Source: Chrysemys picta bellii (Eukaryota). Taken from it: DNA of 64,000 bases. The translations under genes and the position numbers were made by a program. Positions 12,106-25,260 of the stretch are shown one piece after another. The stretch is taken from assembly GCF_011386835.1 (NCBI RefSeq), contig NC_088800.1:10416001-10480000 (forward strand), written 5' to 3'. The notes beneath the pieces were generated by a model. It was not told the origin of the DNA. It saw only the letters and a list, made by a program, of their open reading frames with translations, and did no database searches. The first letter of the stretch is position 1, and each line of letters opens with the position of its first letter.

Positions 12106-12306
12106 ATATATGGCAATATATCTATCTCATAGAGCTGGAAGGGACCCTGAAAGGTAATAATTGAATTGAGTACAGCCCCCTGCCTTCACTAGCAGGACCA
12201 AGTACTGATTTTGCTCCAGATCCCTAAGTGGCCCCCTCAAGGACTGAACTCCCAACCCTGGGTTTAGCAGGCCAATGCGCAAACCACTGAGCTATTCCTC
12301 ACCCCC
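12106..12306 (-). mobile_element. Tortoise-type tRNA-derived Pol III SINE with CR1-like 3' tail
   Basis: Minus strand has A box TAGCTCAGTGG, B box GTTCAGTCC and tRNA-like end GGGGGCCA. Tail ggtcctgctagtgaaggcaggggg...cccttccagctctatgag resembles the CR1 3' end at 61270-61340. Confidence 0.85.
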
Positions 12307-12433
12307 TAAATTATAGATTCCCTTTAAGTATTTCTTTGTCCTTTGTAACAAAAAGAGCTAGATCAAGGGACTAAAACTCAACCAGGCATCAGCTATCCTC
12401 CTGCAATGTAGACAAGAAAGGAAAGGAGAAGTG

Positions 12434-12720
12434 CCGTGTTGCAATCTCTTGCAATTTCATCGTAAGTCTTATTGTATTTGGTGTTTTTCTTTAAGCTCCA
12501 ACTCCTGAAGTCACAAGGTTAGGAATCTCAGCTTTCATCTTCTTTTAAAATAAGTTTCTAGCTATTATAGCTGAAGATAAAAGCTTAAAAATATAAACCC
12601 TAACCCTCCCCAACATGAAGGCAAAATAAAAATTATCCAATTAAGAAAACAAAACAAAACAACCTCATGGTTTTGGAAAGCATATGTCATGATTTTTGAA
12701 TCACTGGGCTTAGCAATCTT
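12434..12720. mobile_element. Old AT-rich non-autonomous DNA transposon (degenerate CAGTGTTGCCAAC-type ends)
   Basis: Ends gtgttgcaatctc and ggcttagcaatct. Internal similarity to 53290-53470. Confidence 0.4.
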
Positions 12721-14429
12721 GGAGCTGTTTGGCTTTGGGTGGGATCCTAGATTTGAGCAGAAAAGAGAAACTCAGACAAAAGCCCATCACTGTTTAAACA
12801 TCCTTGATTTGAAGCAGTTTCTATTACAAAGTGGCTTGTTTTCCTGTTTTGAAAACATGATCTGCAGGAACAACACACACTTTAGCAGCAGTCTGAATTT
12901 CTAGCACAGCCAGTGGGTGTGGCCGAGTACCCCACCCATGCAGCCCTTCCCTAGGGTGCCTACCGCAGAACTGGGCTAGATAATCACAAAGGAATGCTGG
13001 GATCTTGGAGGACTTGGAAGTCTCCATGTGGAAAAAGCAGGGTTGCTGAGAAGGAAGAGTTTTATATTTTCTCTCTGTATGTGTTTGTTGGTTGGGCTTT
13101 CAGAGTATTTGTATCATTTTGCAGGGTCTTCAAGAAAAGTGCTCTGATCAGCTGAAAAGAATTCATTTGGGCTGACTGGATGTAGAAACACAAAAAAGTA
13201 CCCTGTGCTCAGTGTGGTTCCTTCCTTAGGGGTGGGGCAAAGAAAGGGTTGGCTCCTATAAAAGCCCAAACCCCAAGCAGGAAGTTGTAGAGGGTGCTTT
13301 TGATAGTGTGTTAGGGAAAGAGTTGTTGGTCACTAAGCCTATAGATAGTGACAGACTTTTAGGAGGGTTAGAGTTTATATCTTGTTTAGACTGCTTTTTT
13401 ATTTTGTTTTTAATTTGGGCATGGGGAGGGTTTGTTTGCAGGGGTGTGAAAGAAAAGTCAGGGCTACCCACTGCAAGTGGGTTGATCCACTTAATGTGAG
13501 TCTGTACTTTCTCTACTGTAATTATGTAAGTTCATTAGTGAAACACAGATTCCATCATGTTGCTGTGGTACCTTAAAGAAATCTAATGTATTTGGATCTT
13601 TCTTTCTTTTCTGAATTTGGGCAACACTGGACCACTGAAAGGACTTTCCTTAAATAATGATATACAAAGGGCATTGGAATGATAAGGAAAGTCTGTTCAT
13701 GGGATGATGGACTAGAGAGTGTTGGGCTGGGCTCTCTTGGAAGAAGATACTCTTGTTGAGGAAGTGGAGAGGCTAGGTTCCCTACAAAGGAAATTTTGTG
13801 TGGGATGAGGAGTAGAGGGAAGATTTGGTGTAATCTGAGCTATAACCTAGGGTGCTGGTTGACTAGTTTAGCTCCTATACCGTCCTATAACTCTCTGGTT
13901 GCTGCTTCTGTCCTTAGCTACAGCGATAGCTCCAATAGTCCCTGGTCCTTCCAGTGAACCTCTAATAAGGCCTCTGAGATTCTCCTTTAGGGCAGAACTA
14001 ATAAACTTATCTTGACCTCTTTTAGAGGAGACATTTTGTTGAAAATGTCATGAGAACAGGCTCTTTCCCAAGAGACTTCTGCTATATTAATTTTACAGTT
14101 TAGTTTGTAATATTAGAGCTATTTTGTATGTTCATTTCACTGCTTGATGCCTCTACAATCTGAATATTTAATCTTTTCTTAAAAAAACAACATTGGTGGC
14201 TCCCACTGGACAAATGTCCACATCATAAAAACACTCATAATTATAATTAGAACTCAGTGAGCCCATAAAAGGGATAAGGATTGAGCATGACCTAGAAACT
14301 CAACTTCCCTCTTGACTCTAGGAGATGATTCTACAGGTCAGGGCAAGATGGAGGAATCCTGCATTCTCTTTCTTAGGGACTTGTATGCACTCTTTCCCCC
14401 CCCCCCCTCCAAAGATACTGTCAACACCT

Positions 14430-14641
14430 CTCAGAGTTGGTAAGACAACTCCCACCTGTTCATGCTCTCTGTATATGTGTGTATATATATCTCCTCAATA
14501 TATGTTCCACTCTATATGCATCCGAAGAAGTGGGCTGTAGCCCATGAAAGCTTATGCTCAAATAAATTTTAGTCTCTAAGGTGCCACAAGTACTCCTGTT
14601 CTTTTTGCGGATACAGACTAACACGGCTGCTACTCTGAAAC
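14430..14641 (+). mobile_element. Penelope-like element 3' fragment (copy B, direct orientation with tail)
   Basis: Same pLTR sequence as copies A and D, extending further 5' (tatatatctcctcaatatatgttcc) and ending ctctgaaac. 5' boundary approximate; no clear TSD. Confidence 0.8.
14518..14557 (+). ncRNA. Minimal hammerhead-ribozyme-like motif (PLE copy B)
   Basis: GCAU-CCGAAGA-A-GUGGGC-UGUA-GCCCAU-GAA-AGCU-U-AUGC. Confidence 0.6.
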
Positions 14642-14649
14642 CTCACAAT

Positions 14650-14742
14650 CTTTAATGTATTTATCCTTGCAATGCCCCCATGTGGTAAGGAAGTGCTATT
14701 ATCCTCATTTTACAGGTGGGGAACTGAAGCACAGAGTGATTA
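14650..14742 (-). mobile_element. MIR-like SINE fragment
   Basis: tattatcctcattttacaggtggggaactgaagcacagag. Confidence 0.6.
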
Positions 14743-14869
14743 AGGCCCAGATCCACATCTGCCCTTCACGTATTGCTAAAAGGAAGAGGGTACAGCTTGT
14801 ATGAGAAGTCTCCCACGTGGCTTTGGTGTAGAACAGGGTGTTTCAGTTTGGAAAAGGTTGAGAACCACT

Positions 14870-14992
14870 TCCCTAATTCAACCACAGGTTAGTGGGCCTA
14901 GATGGAGGAGTTATTGGTGAAATTCTCTGACCTGTGCTATTCAGAAGGCCAAACTACATGGCCTTCTTGCCTTAAAATCTGTGAATTTATGG
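14870..14992 (+). mobile_element. Old CR1 3' UTR fragment
   Basis: ggtgaaattctctgacctgtgctattcagaagg...ccttcttgccttaaaatctgtgaatttatg. Confidence 0.5.
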
Positions 14993-17164
14993 GAATATGC
15001 CTTAGGTCCATTTCAGTTCCAGTAGGGAGCAGAACCAAAAGGATTAAGGCAGACTCCTTAGGATCTGGGCCCCACAGTTAATTAGGGCACAAAAACAAAG
15101 CTGGATCACTAAATAGAAGTCAGCAAGAGCACATAGCTAATTGTTGCCAATCAAATTGCTTTTTGCTAGGTGCTCTGGGAGACCAGAAAATGCACCCTGG
15201 GTCATGCTGCTTCTCCTTCAACTCATCAAGTCACAGGGTAGAGTGGCGGGAGAAGGGAAGGCTAACCACAACTGGGAGCTATGTTGCTCTACTCACCTAT
15301 TGCTGTGCACCATGGGCCATCCAACTTTTTTTTTTTTGTGGGAGCGGGGTTAAGAGTTGTCAGTTTTTATTTATTCAGACTCAAGTTCTCTGGTGCATCC
15401 AGGTCCGGTGCACTCTTAATGCACCTGTGGTGAGTTCTGATTCTTTCTGGGTGGGATTTTTAAAAGGGGATAAGAGAATGAGGGTCTCATTGACTTTCAA
15501 TGGCATTGGGGCACCTAAATACCACAGGAGTGTTTGATAATTCCTCCCTCTCAAAATGGCTCCTCCACCCTTACTAACAACTACTGCAACCTGGATTTTG
15601 CCATTTTACTGGCTTCTGTGGATTCGGTCTATTTTGTTCATTTCTTGCTAGTAAACATATTTCCTGTTTATTTCTAACAGGAACCACAGACTTTCCACTT
15701 TCTAGGGGCGGCATTTACTCCAACCAAAAGAGAGACAATACTTTGAAAGCCTCCATCAAGTATTTTTTTTTTTAGTGTTTACAAAACACGGTATTTTATG
15801 GATGTAATTTATACATGGAAAAGAAGAGGGCTATTCCCGTTTTATCTTTATCTTCTACACATAAATAACAAACAACTCCAGTAATCAAAATTTACTACAA
15901 TTGTAATAGATTTTGGCATCGTTTATGTATTGCAAGGAATGTTAACATAATGTTGACTTTCAGGACTGAGGCCAGGTTTTTTTTTTAAACATTTTTTTAG
16001 GTTGGAGTCATTATAAAAAACTCACTGTAATTGAGGCTTTTATGACGTTCAAGAAATTAATTCTCATAAATAAAATTTTCTACCTCCTTCTAGTCAGAAA
16101 GTTAAAATTATCTGTGACAATGTATGCACTAAAAAGTTGAATACTATGAAAATATTTCAATAATTAATGCATGCACCATCTAGAGCAATTGACAGTGAGG
16201 TCATAAACATAATGGGCCATCTGTGTTTGATTTGTATCTGAAAATGCTTAAAGGGATAGGCAGGTATTTCAGGCTTCTCTTGGAAATGTAGATTGGCAAG
16301 ATTTTTTCACTTTCTCAGAAGGTTGTTGAGCCATTCATTGATTTTTTTTTTCTCCCCAAGTTCTTCCTGGCTAAAGCTTTTTAACATACTTCCAGTGGGT
16401 TGCTGTCCTCCTCAGACCAGGCAGAACAGACGAGTAGGACTTTAGCTTTTCTATTGCTTATATACAAAGGGTTGTGAGCTGCTCTGCTTTATTCAATTTA
16501 TATTTTGTTTAATCTATAGAATGTGACTCTTCTGGGCTCCAGCGTAATTCCATTAGCACCTATGTATTTCAGGATCCAGTTCAAAATGGCGCTCCTTGGG
16601 CCAGATCTTCAGCTGGTGTAAATCAGCAGTGATCCATGGAGCTGTTCTGGTTTATACCAGCTGAGGACTGCTTCTTGTATTTCTAGCCCCCTGTGGACTT
16701 GCCCCAGCGTATCCTTTTGGACCTTGTCTCTCTTGTGGATGGACATGTCCATCTCTCAGATTAGAATTACTTTGGCACTAAATTTCTGTGTGGTAATTAA
16801 GGGAAACAGGAATGGTAAAGTCATCATGCCTTTGGTAAGAGCAACTGTTCTCTGTGAACTTATCTCCAGGCACTTGAGTAAGACCAATATCAAGCTGAAA
16901 TGGTACAATAAAATTCCCTTATTTTCACAGGCTTGTCTGGTGACAATCACTGTCTGGTTTTGGTACAGACTGGTCCCCATGTGACAAAAGCCATTACCCT
17001 CCCTTTGCCAAATACCAGATGATCCCAGCAAAATCCATTATGCCAACCTGAATCCAGAGGAATTGCACATGTAGATCAAGGGCAGTGCACACCTCCAAGA
17101 ATATAATAATTGCAATTGTATCTATTGAAGTCTTAGTCCCATTTCATTCAAAGGGGGAGGCTGG

Positions 17165-17435
17165 TGTCGTGCTTAAGACAGCAGGCTGGGATTCATGATA
17201 CCAGGGTTCAGTACCAGGCTCTGCTGCAAACTTCCTGTCCAACTTTGGGCAAGTTACTTAATCTCGCTGTGGCTAAGGTCCCCGTGGGGTTAATAATACT
17301 CAACTTCTCTCACTTTTTGTCTTTTGTTGTTGAAAGCGAGCTTTTAAGGTCACTTTCAATATGTGTATGCGTAGCTCCTAGACAAGGAGTCGGGGATCTG
17401 TAGTAGCTGGGACAATGCAAATGGATAATAATAAA
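17165..17435 (+). mobile_element. CORE/MIR-like SINE with L2-type tail (degenerate)
   Basis: ccaggctctgctgcaaact...ttgggcaagttacttaatctc; tail ends gcaaatggataataataaa. Confidence 0.5.
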
Positions 17436-20400
17436 CTTGCTTCAGAGATAGCATCTGATTTAAAATCAGCAATGCAAGATCATTATCAAATTGTTTCATT
17501 TCATTGTTTCAATTCAAAATGTTTTTTTGTACAGTATCTACCTGTTAATGGAAATATCTCTTTTGGCCAACAAATCAACCAGTGCTAAACTCTCTTCTAA
17601 TTCTGTAGTATTTTGAGAAAAATAATGATGGCTACTATTTTGCTGATTTTATGAGCCAATATGACACTAATATTAGTAATATAATAAAAGGTCTTTAAAT
17701 GGTATTGGCAAAATCATTGGCTTTGAGGTTTCACTAAGCGGCATTGATTAAGAAATGTAAAGGAAACGAAGGTATAGGGACTACACATGCAAGATTTTGT
17801 CACTTAAGAAGTCTGGAGTAATAACTATTAGGTCAGTGGCTGTAAGACAATCCTATAAACATGGATTATAAGATTTAAACTGGGGCTTTGCCTCATAATA
17901 ATTATGTCAGCAGCTAATGGTAATATCTGGTGGGCTGCCCATTCTTCCTGCTTCCCCATTTAAAGTGACACTGTCCCAGTTTTTCAGTCTGCATCTATCA
18001 TAAAGACACATTGATTTCCTTTCTGTGGAAAACACATATTTCTTCCCTCCTGCTAAGAAGATAAATCTGACAGATTTTAATCAAATGTAGTTGTTCACAA
18101 CTACAGAAACATTTCCAGTGCCACAGATGAAAACAATTTTTGAAGAGGAGGAGGGTTCTCGAAGCCAAGTGTATTTGGAGAGTATACCTATGCTAAAAAT
18201 CTAACTCTATTCACTAGCTGCTAACAATTAATGCCCTATGGGCAGGTTTAGCTTTACTGCCCTCCAACATAATGCCTGTCTTGTAGAGGTAACCGCGAAT
18301 ACTGCTGTAGTTAAGGATCTGCCACCGGTTCTGTCATAAACTACCCTGTATCCAGGGCTTTTATAACTCAGTCATAAAAACCCTCTTCAAGCTAAAGCTT
18401 AGCTTACCCAGGCAGACCTGATTCTGATCTCAGAAAAGCAGATGATGCATGTCCCTCTGTCTCTTGTAAAATTATCTGTTGTCCACGAGGAAGGGCTCTT
18501 ACAAAACATGGACATCACACACGCCCAACTCTATGAGAAGAATTGGAAGCAATGTTTTAGTGAGAGAGTCTTTCTTCCTTTTAAAATGGTAAACAAGTTG
18601 GCTTTACTCTTTTAAAGTGAGAGGAATCTAAGTTTTCCAATTTCAGATGAATTTTTGTTCTAGTCTAACATTTTAGATAATGTTTTTTTTTTTTAGAAAG
18701 AAATTTGTTGGGCCACATTCTGATCTCATTTGTAAATCTGAAATGCCTTTTATGGTTTTAATATTACTCCAGATTTACACCACTATAAGTTAAATTCAAA
18801 CCTGGCTCCATGAAGATAAGGAGCAATAAATCTGAATAGGGCCAAGATATAAGGGAACCATGTAACATAGCAGTTATTGTGACTGAGCAAGAAAGAAAGC
18901 TAACTAGTAATATTGTAGTCCTACTAAGACAATAGCTTTCTATCCCCATGATATTGTAGACTTGGCCCTATTTATAGTAGTAAAAAAGACAACAGTGAAT
19001 ACAAAGCTAGTACACATGTATATAGTAACTGCTTTCCATAAGAGTATGTACTGTGCATTTGGAAATATGGCATGCAACACCGTTAAATTCTACAATGGAA
19101 TCAGAATGTGATAAATCTAATCCGTGTTATGGATTTATAGTAAAGAATTCATAGTACAGCTGATGTTACATGGTCTGTGTTGTGAATGACTATTATAAAT
19201 AAGGTAGCAAATTTCACGTGCTGGAAACATATTTTTTAGAGAGAAAGAGAAGCCTGGGAGGTATGTTAGCAGAGTCTAACAATCCACAGGGCCTTGGTAC
19301 ACTGCTGGCAGATAATTACCGGTGGAGCATGGGGCACCCAAGATCTATATAAATGGGAGTAGAGAGCAGTTTCTTTTTTCTCATCAAGGATTTGTTTGAA
19401 ATGCACAGGCCTCTAACAATATGCGGCGAAAGGAAATAGTGGAAAGAGAAGAGAGAGGAAACGGATCTGAGAAGGAACAGAAAGTAGGGGAAAGGAATAG
19501 CAACCCTAGAATGTAGGAATGGCTGAACCAAAGCCCTGGGTCTGAACACCCACCACATTTTGTGAATCCAAATCTGGATCCCCATCTACATTTTGTAGCT
19601 ACTCCTTGTCCTGACAAAGGCCTGAATCAAAACTATAGATCTTGAAATCCTCACCACTATGGTAGGATGAGGGTTAAAAAAATCTGGATCCCGATTCAAA
19701 CATTGCAGTTTGGGCCCTTTTTTAGGTAAAACTAAGTTGCCAAATCTTTATATCCCAGTCAAACAGATCTAAATGGCCAATTACAAGGTGGTGCAAGGGC
19801 TTGATCCAATGCCAATTGAACTCAATGGGTGTTTTCCCACTGTGCATTAGATCAGTCTCAAAATACTGCAGTGCTTGTCTTGCCTCACTTAAGGCAGAAG
19901 CCAATTGCCTCTGAAGTCAGTGGGAGTCTTTCCATTGGCTTTAATACTAACTGGATCAGGTCCTTATGGAACATGAGCAAAGAGAACCTTCTGCCAGTTC
20001 AGGAGGCTTTGGGCGTTTTACTGTTCCATTCAGCTACAGAAGTTTGATTTTGATGAACTCCGTTTCCCTAGGGATGGATGGGGATTCCTGGGATAAGATA
20101 TAAGAAGTCACTCATATCCTTTTGTTTTTTTTTTTAAATATTTGTTTCATGTTTGTGAGTGTTCTTGTATTTAATGGTTTGGGGTCTGGACTAAAGTGAA
20201 AATGTCAAAATACCACGAGAATGCCAAAGAACTTCAGCCCAGTTTTGAATCCCCAAAAGATTTGTATAGTTTGACTAAGGTTTGCATGATAAAACAAACC
20301 TCTGAACATTTTAAAGTTTAACCTACATCCTGAGATATTCTGATTGAATAGAGCTCTTGTATCATATTAGTAATCTAGATTTGGTTGGCTAAATACTTCT

Positions 20401-23400
20401 TCTGCTGATTTTTTTTTAAAAACAGTCTCTAGTTGGATAGTCACAAAAACTGTGAGCATAAATGCGTATTTAAATGTGTAGCTACCTGGTTGCACAAAGA
20501 AATCAAGTGCTTAGACAGCTAAGTGTTAGCATTTCTGCATCCAATTTTACAACATTTGAGCATGAATTCCTAATGTAGTTGACAGCATTTACTGATTGTG
20601 TCCAGCTCTTAAAGTCCCTTCTTATGTGTTGGTAAAGTGCAGGAAGACGAGTGCATCCATTAGGCTGTTACTTCCCCATGTGGGTAGGGAATAGGCCAAC
20701 CTCTCAATGTGTCAGCCAGCACAGCTGAGCTGGTGCAGAAGAAGGAATAATCTGTGCCATTTGAGCAATGCCAAAAGACCTGGTGTTGCTAATTTCATCC
20801 ATGGGAGAAGGGGGAACAAGGATCCAAATTCTGACATTCTGAGTCACATTGTGATCCCTGGTCTGTTTCTGACTTTAGTGCAGCCATGCACTCAGGGCTT
20901 GTGATAACTCAATGATCTTGCCCTGAGGTAGCAATATCAACCCAATCCTTCACACATTTAAGAACTCTTATCAAAAGTATGAATGTTGGAGGGAGGAAAT
21001 TGCTTTTATTCACTCATTCTACATTGATAATGGAGCATTAATTTAAATCAAGATCATTTTTGGCAATGAGTCAGAAGTAACCCTCAGCCGAGGCCAGTCC
21101 GACCTTTGCTATTGCCTAGCATTTTTGCTTGTGTGTGTGTTTTTGAGCTCTTTACACATTATACACTCCAGCCAGATCATTAAGACCTCATGCTTCCTTA
21201 GCTTTAAGCCAACAAGTTGATCTTCTGGTGATCAAGCCTTTTCACAGTACACTCCTGTCATTATGATTCTCCTTTCTTCAAGATCTCAAGGAAGATTCTC
21301 CTTTTAGGAGTCTATTCTCCCAGTGATTTGTGGTGGATTTGCACATTTAAGTCCCATCAAATGTGCCCAGAAACTCCCTGCACAAATCCCCCACCTCCCA
21401 AACATAGCCCATCTCTATGCTTCACTGGGAGAAAAGACCCATTAGTGTTTTAAAAAAAGTAAATTTCAAGGTTTCCTTTCTAAGCATTCCGATGGCTGAG
21501 GTTTATTCATTTCTCCCTTTTAGTTTATTGTGCGGCACCTTGAGTTATTTGCATGATAACACACCCTATAAATGGATTATATTGTAACGTATTGTGTTGG
21601 GTTAATGCTGACAACTGCTTGGTTTGGATAGCAACTTAGATTTTTAGTTTCTGATGTGCCGTTCGGAGAAATTCCTTTTGAGGGGCATGAGGCAAAGCAG
21701 AAGGGAAGATAAGGAGGGGCCAAAAGTAGGAGTAAGTTGTATGAATAATATTAGGGAATGCTGGCACTGAAAGGAGAGAAGAATACATTAACTTCAGACA
21801 CTCTGCAAACCGGGGAGAATAAACTCAACAAAACGAAGTTCCTATCCAATAGCAATGAATATGTATTTACTCTCCTACCTTTTCCCAGGATAGCAAGTGA
21901 ACTCTCTCGTCTATGACCAGCACAGCTATGCAGCAGCTATGCTCAGAGTGTCATGCCATTATATCCTGCCTATTTATAAACTGAAGTCGGTCCTCTAGAG
22001 AAGCACTATATTTTCAGAAAAGTGGTGAAAGGAAGAAAAAATCTGCCGGCAAAAAAAGGTTAGAGTCCTCTTAGACTCGAATTTGACCATGTAATGAGTT
22101 CTGGTGGGGAAGGTTTTGTAGCCTAAGCATAAAGTGTGGAAGATATAGACTCCCCTGGCAGAGATGACTTGGCCCTTCTTCCTTCAAAAGTCAATATCCT
22201 ACAGTGTATCTGCCATCAGTTTATTTTGCTGTGAGTATTTCAGGGGATATCATAGAAGCAGGATCTTACTGTGGGCACTAAGGAGCTCACAGACTTTGAG
22301 AAACTTTGGTGTGAAAGATGCATAAAGATGCTCCTTGTTATTTTATTCTGGTGGCAATGGATTGATTGACCAATTCTAAATTGCATACAGTTCTTCAGCT
22401 TGAATCAACTGAATTGCAATTCGACCAAAGGGCAATGCCCGCCATTTTCATGACAGATCTAATGGGTTCAATCCTACACGGCGCTGAGCACACTGGCTCT
22501 CCTCCTGCAAAGCCATGAGAATATGTTTAACTTTCAGCATGTATGCGTTCCCACAGAAGTTGATGGGACAACTCACATACTTGTAATTAAGCACATGCTT
22601 CAGGATCAGGGCCAGACTACTCAGCACTTTATTGTGTCAAATAATTTTTCCATGGCTTAAAGGCAGAAGGCTAATTCAGAAGTGGAAAAGTGGGTTATAT
22701 TCCTTAGCTCGCCTGCCCATTTTGTCTTCAGTTAAAATATTTAGGAGGTACAAAGTACTTCCCTCGTTTAACTAAAATAGCTCTGTCACTTGTGAAATGT
22801 AGTGGTAAATATATTAGCAAACTGTACTTTAACTGTAAGGGTTTAACGATGAAAGCTGACCAATTGCACAAACTTCATACTGTCTTTAAATTCCAAATAA
22901 AGTGCTATCCAGAATTACTTTCTTCCAGTTTCTTGACTCACAGGCATAAATACCATGTTTTCCAGCAATTAAAAAATAAAACTAAAAATGGGTTCTTTTG
23001 GAAAACGAGGAGAAAGGAGAAGCCTTTGAAATTATAAAGTGTAACTAAACTATTGTGCCCTGTCACGAAATGTCTGATCCTATTAAAGCGCCACTGCATG
23101 TAACCAGAGTACTTTAAAGAGAACGTGGAATTCTGTGTTTACTAAAGTCTACATAGCTCAGTAAAAAGATTTGGCTTCTACACATCGTTTATCAAAAAAA
23201 GAGCTGCACAAAAGGATGGACCAAACTGTGTCCCTGATTTGTGCAATCTCATAGATGTCACTGGCATCACATTGATGTAACATAATTCTGCCCTTTTGGA
23301 TGTATAAATGTTTAGACAAAGCACGTGATTCATATTTTGTTCTATGAACACATTCCCTAGTTAAAATGTTTAGACCCGGGTTCTCCTCTTACCTACCATG

Positions 23401-23478
23401 GTGTAAATCAGGAACAACCCCACTGAGTTCAGTGGAGTTACACTTGTGTACATGTGAGAGGACAATCAGGGCCTAAAT

Positions 23479-23811
23479 CAGTGTTTCTCAAACTGGAGCC
23501 ACCGCTTGTGTAGGGAAAGCCCCTGGCGGGCCGGGCCAGTTTGTTTACCTGCCCCGTCCGCAAGTCCGGCCGATCGCGGCTCCCAATGGCTGTGGTTCGC
23601 TGCTCCAGGCTAATGGGAACTGCTGGAAGCAGCGGCCAGTACGTCCCTCGGCCCGCGCCACTTCCAGCAGCTCTCATTGGCCTGCAGCAGCGAACCGCGG
23701 CCAGTGGGAGCCGCGATCGGCCGGACTTGCGGATGGGGCAGGTAAACAAACTGGCCCGGCCCGCCAGGGGCTTTCCCTACACAAGCGGTGGCTCCAGTTT
23801 GAGAAACACTG
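23479..23811. mobile_element. hAT palindromic MITE, variant A (rearranged locus)
   Basis: TIRs cagtgtttctcaaactggagccacc / ggtggctccagtttgagaaacactg. Left target gcctaaat (23471-23478). The right side is followed by an inverted copy of the left flank rather than the TSD. Confidence 0.92.
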
Positions 23812-23838
23812 ATTTAGGCCCTGATTGTCCTCTCACAT

Positions 23839-23895
23839 CCTGTCCCGTCCAGAGCTTTCCCTACACAAGCGGCGGCCCCAGTTTGAGAAACACTG
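23839..23895. mobile_element. Second right terminus of the hAT MITE carrying the true TSD
   Basis: ctttccctacacaagcggcggccccagtttgagaaacactg followed by gcctaaat (23896-23903), identical to the left target. Confidence 0.88.
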
Positions 23896-24672
23896 GCCTA
23901 AATCTATTTGTTGTGCATGAATGGTCTGGTTCTCATGTCTGTTATTCTGGTGTAAATCAGGAACAAATCTACTGAAGTCAAGGAAGCCATGTAATTCAGG
24001 AGTAACTCCTTTCAAGTTAATGGCTCTGATTCTGATCTCACTCCAATTCTATGTTGGTGCAGCTTCATTGACTTCAGTGGTTAGGGTAGGGTAAAGATAC
24101 TCTTGATTCACATTGGTGTAGCTGAGATCAGAATCAAGCTTGAAACTTTTAGCATCAGTTTAATCTAGAATGTTTTTATGCAGTTGTTGATAATAAAAGA
24201 CAAACTTCCTTTGAAAGATAGAAATAAAATGACCATCCATCTACTAAGACTTCAGTAACAAATTGTTTAAACTTTTTACTAAAAGAATATTTGTATTTCC
24301 ACAAGAAGTTTTGAAATCTGGAACAAAATGTTACCTGTTGGCCAGATGCTGATCTCAGCTACTCATGAAGAAATCCAGATTAACTTCACTAAAACCAATG
24401 CTGTTACACCAAATTTGCATAATTGTAATTGAGATCCCACTCTGGGCTAGCTAGCGTATTTGAATAATTATTTCATAGGAATTACTGAATCCTTTTTTGA
24501 TTTAAAAATGTTATTGGATATTTCAAAATGCTAAAAGGCCAGAAAAATACAGTTTTAATCACAGCTGTGCATAAAAGGGAGTACAACTCATAAGAATATT
24601 TGGCATATATGGAAACAAACAAACAAAATAAAGCAGATTATGCTTTCTTCCATTTGGCTCGTTCAGTCTGTT

Positions 24673-24840
24673 TAGAACATAAGAACATAAGAATGGCCAT
24701 ACTGGGTCAGACCAAAGGTCCATCTAGTTCAGTATTCTGTCTTCCGACAATGGCCAATGCCAGGTAGCCCAGAGGGAATGAACAGAATAGGTAATCATCA
24801 AATGATCCATCCCCAGTCACCCATTCCCAGCTTCTGGCAA
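24673..24840 (-). mobile_element. CR1 3' end fragment with (cataagaa)n tail
   Basis: agaacataagaacataagaatggccatactgggtcagaccaaaggtccatctag. Confidence 0.75.
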
Positions 24841-25205
24841 ATTACACACCTTTGTGTTATTTGGTATGACTATTGTATCCATTGAGAAAGCCCAGGATGC
24901 AGTAAACACATTACAAAGAAAATCAGCATGCATTTGAAATTAAAATGAAATTTAGCATATTGTTCAGAGAGATGCAGAATGATCTAATACTACTGTTATC
25001 TGAAGGAAACACAGGGTGATCAAAATTGATAATCATTCCTCCATTGAGGGACTGATAAAACTTTAATTAAGATAATCTACTAGAAGGTTACAATGTTTCA
25101 TGTGCGACTAATTATGACTGACAAAAATATTAATTTTAACAAACATCAATTTGTAAATTGCCTGATATTTGTATAATAAAAGACATGCGTTACATGTATG
25201 TCTAT

Positions 25206-25213
<8 letters not shown>

Positions 25214-25254
<41 letters not shown>
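25214..25254. repeat. (TA)n microsatellite
   Basis: About 20 perfect TA units. Confidence 0.98.

Positions 25255-25260
<6 letters not shown>

Noticed and set aside
12240-12306. tRNA-like sequence, here and at 39975-40043
   Set aside because: It is the head of a SINE fused to a CR1 tail, with degenerate stems; not a tRNA gene.
12900-14050. LTR-like segment (CTATAAAAG at about 13256) and short open minus-strand frames
   Set aside because: No TG...CA ends, TSD, PBS/PPT or gag/pol motif could be identified by eye.
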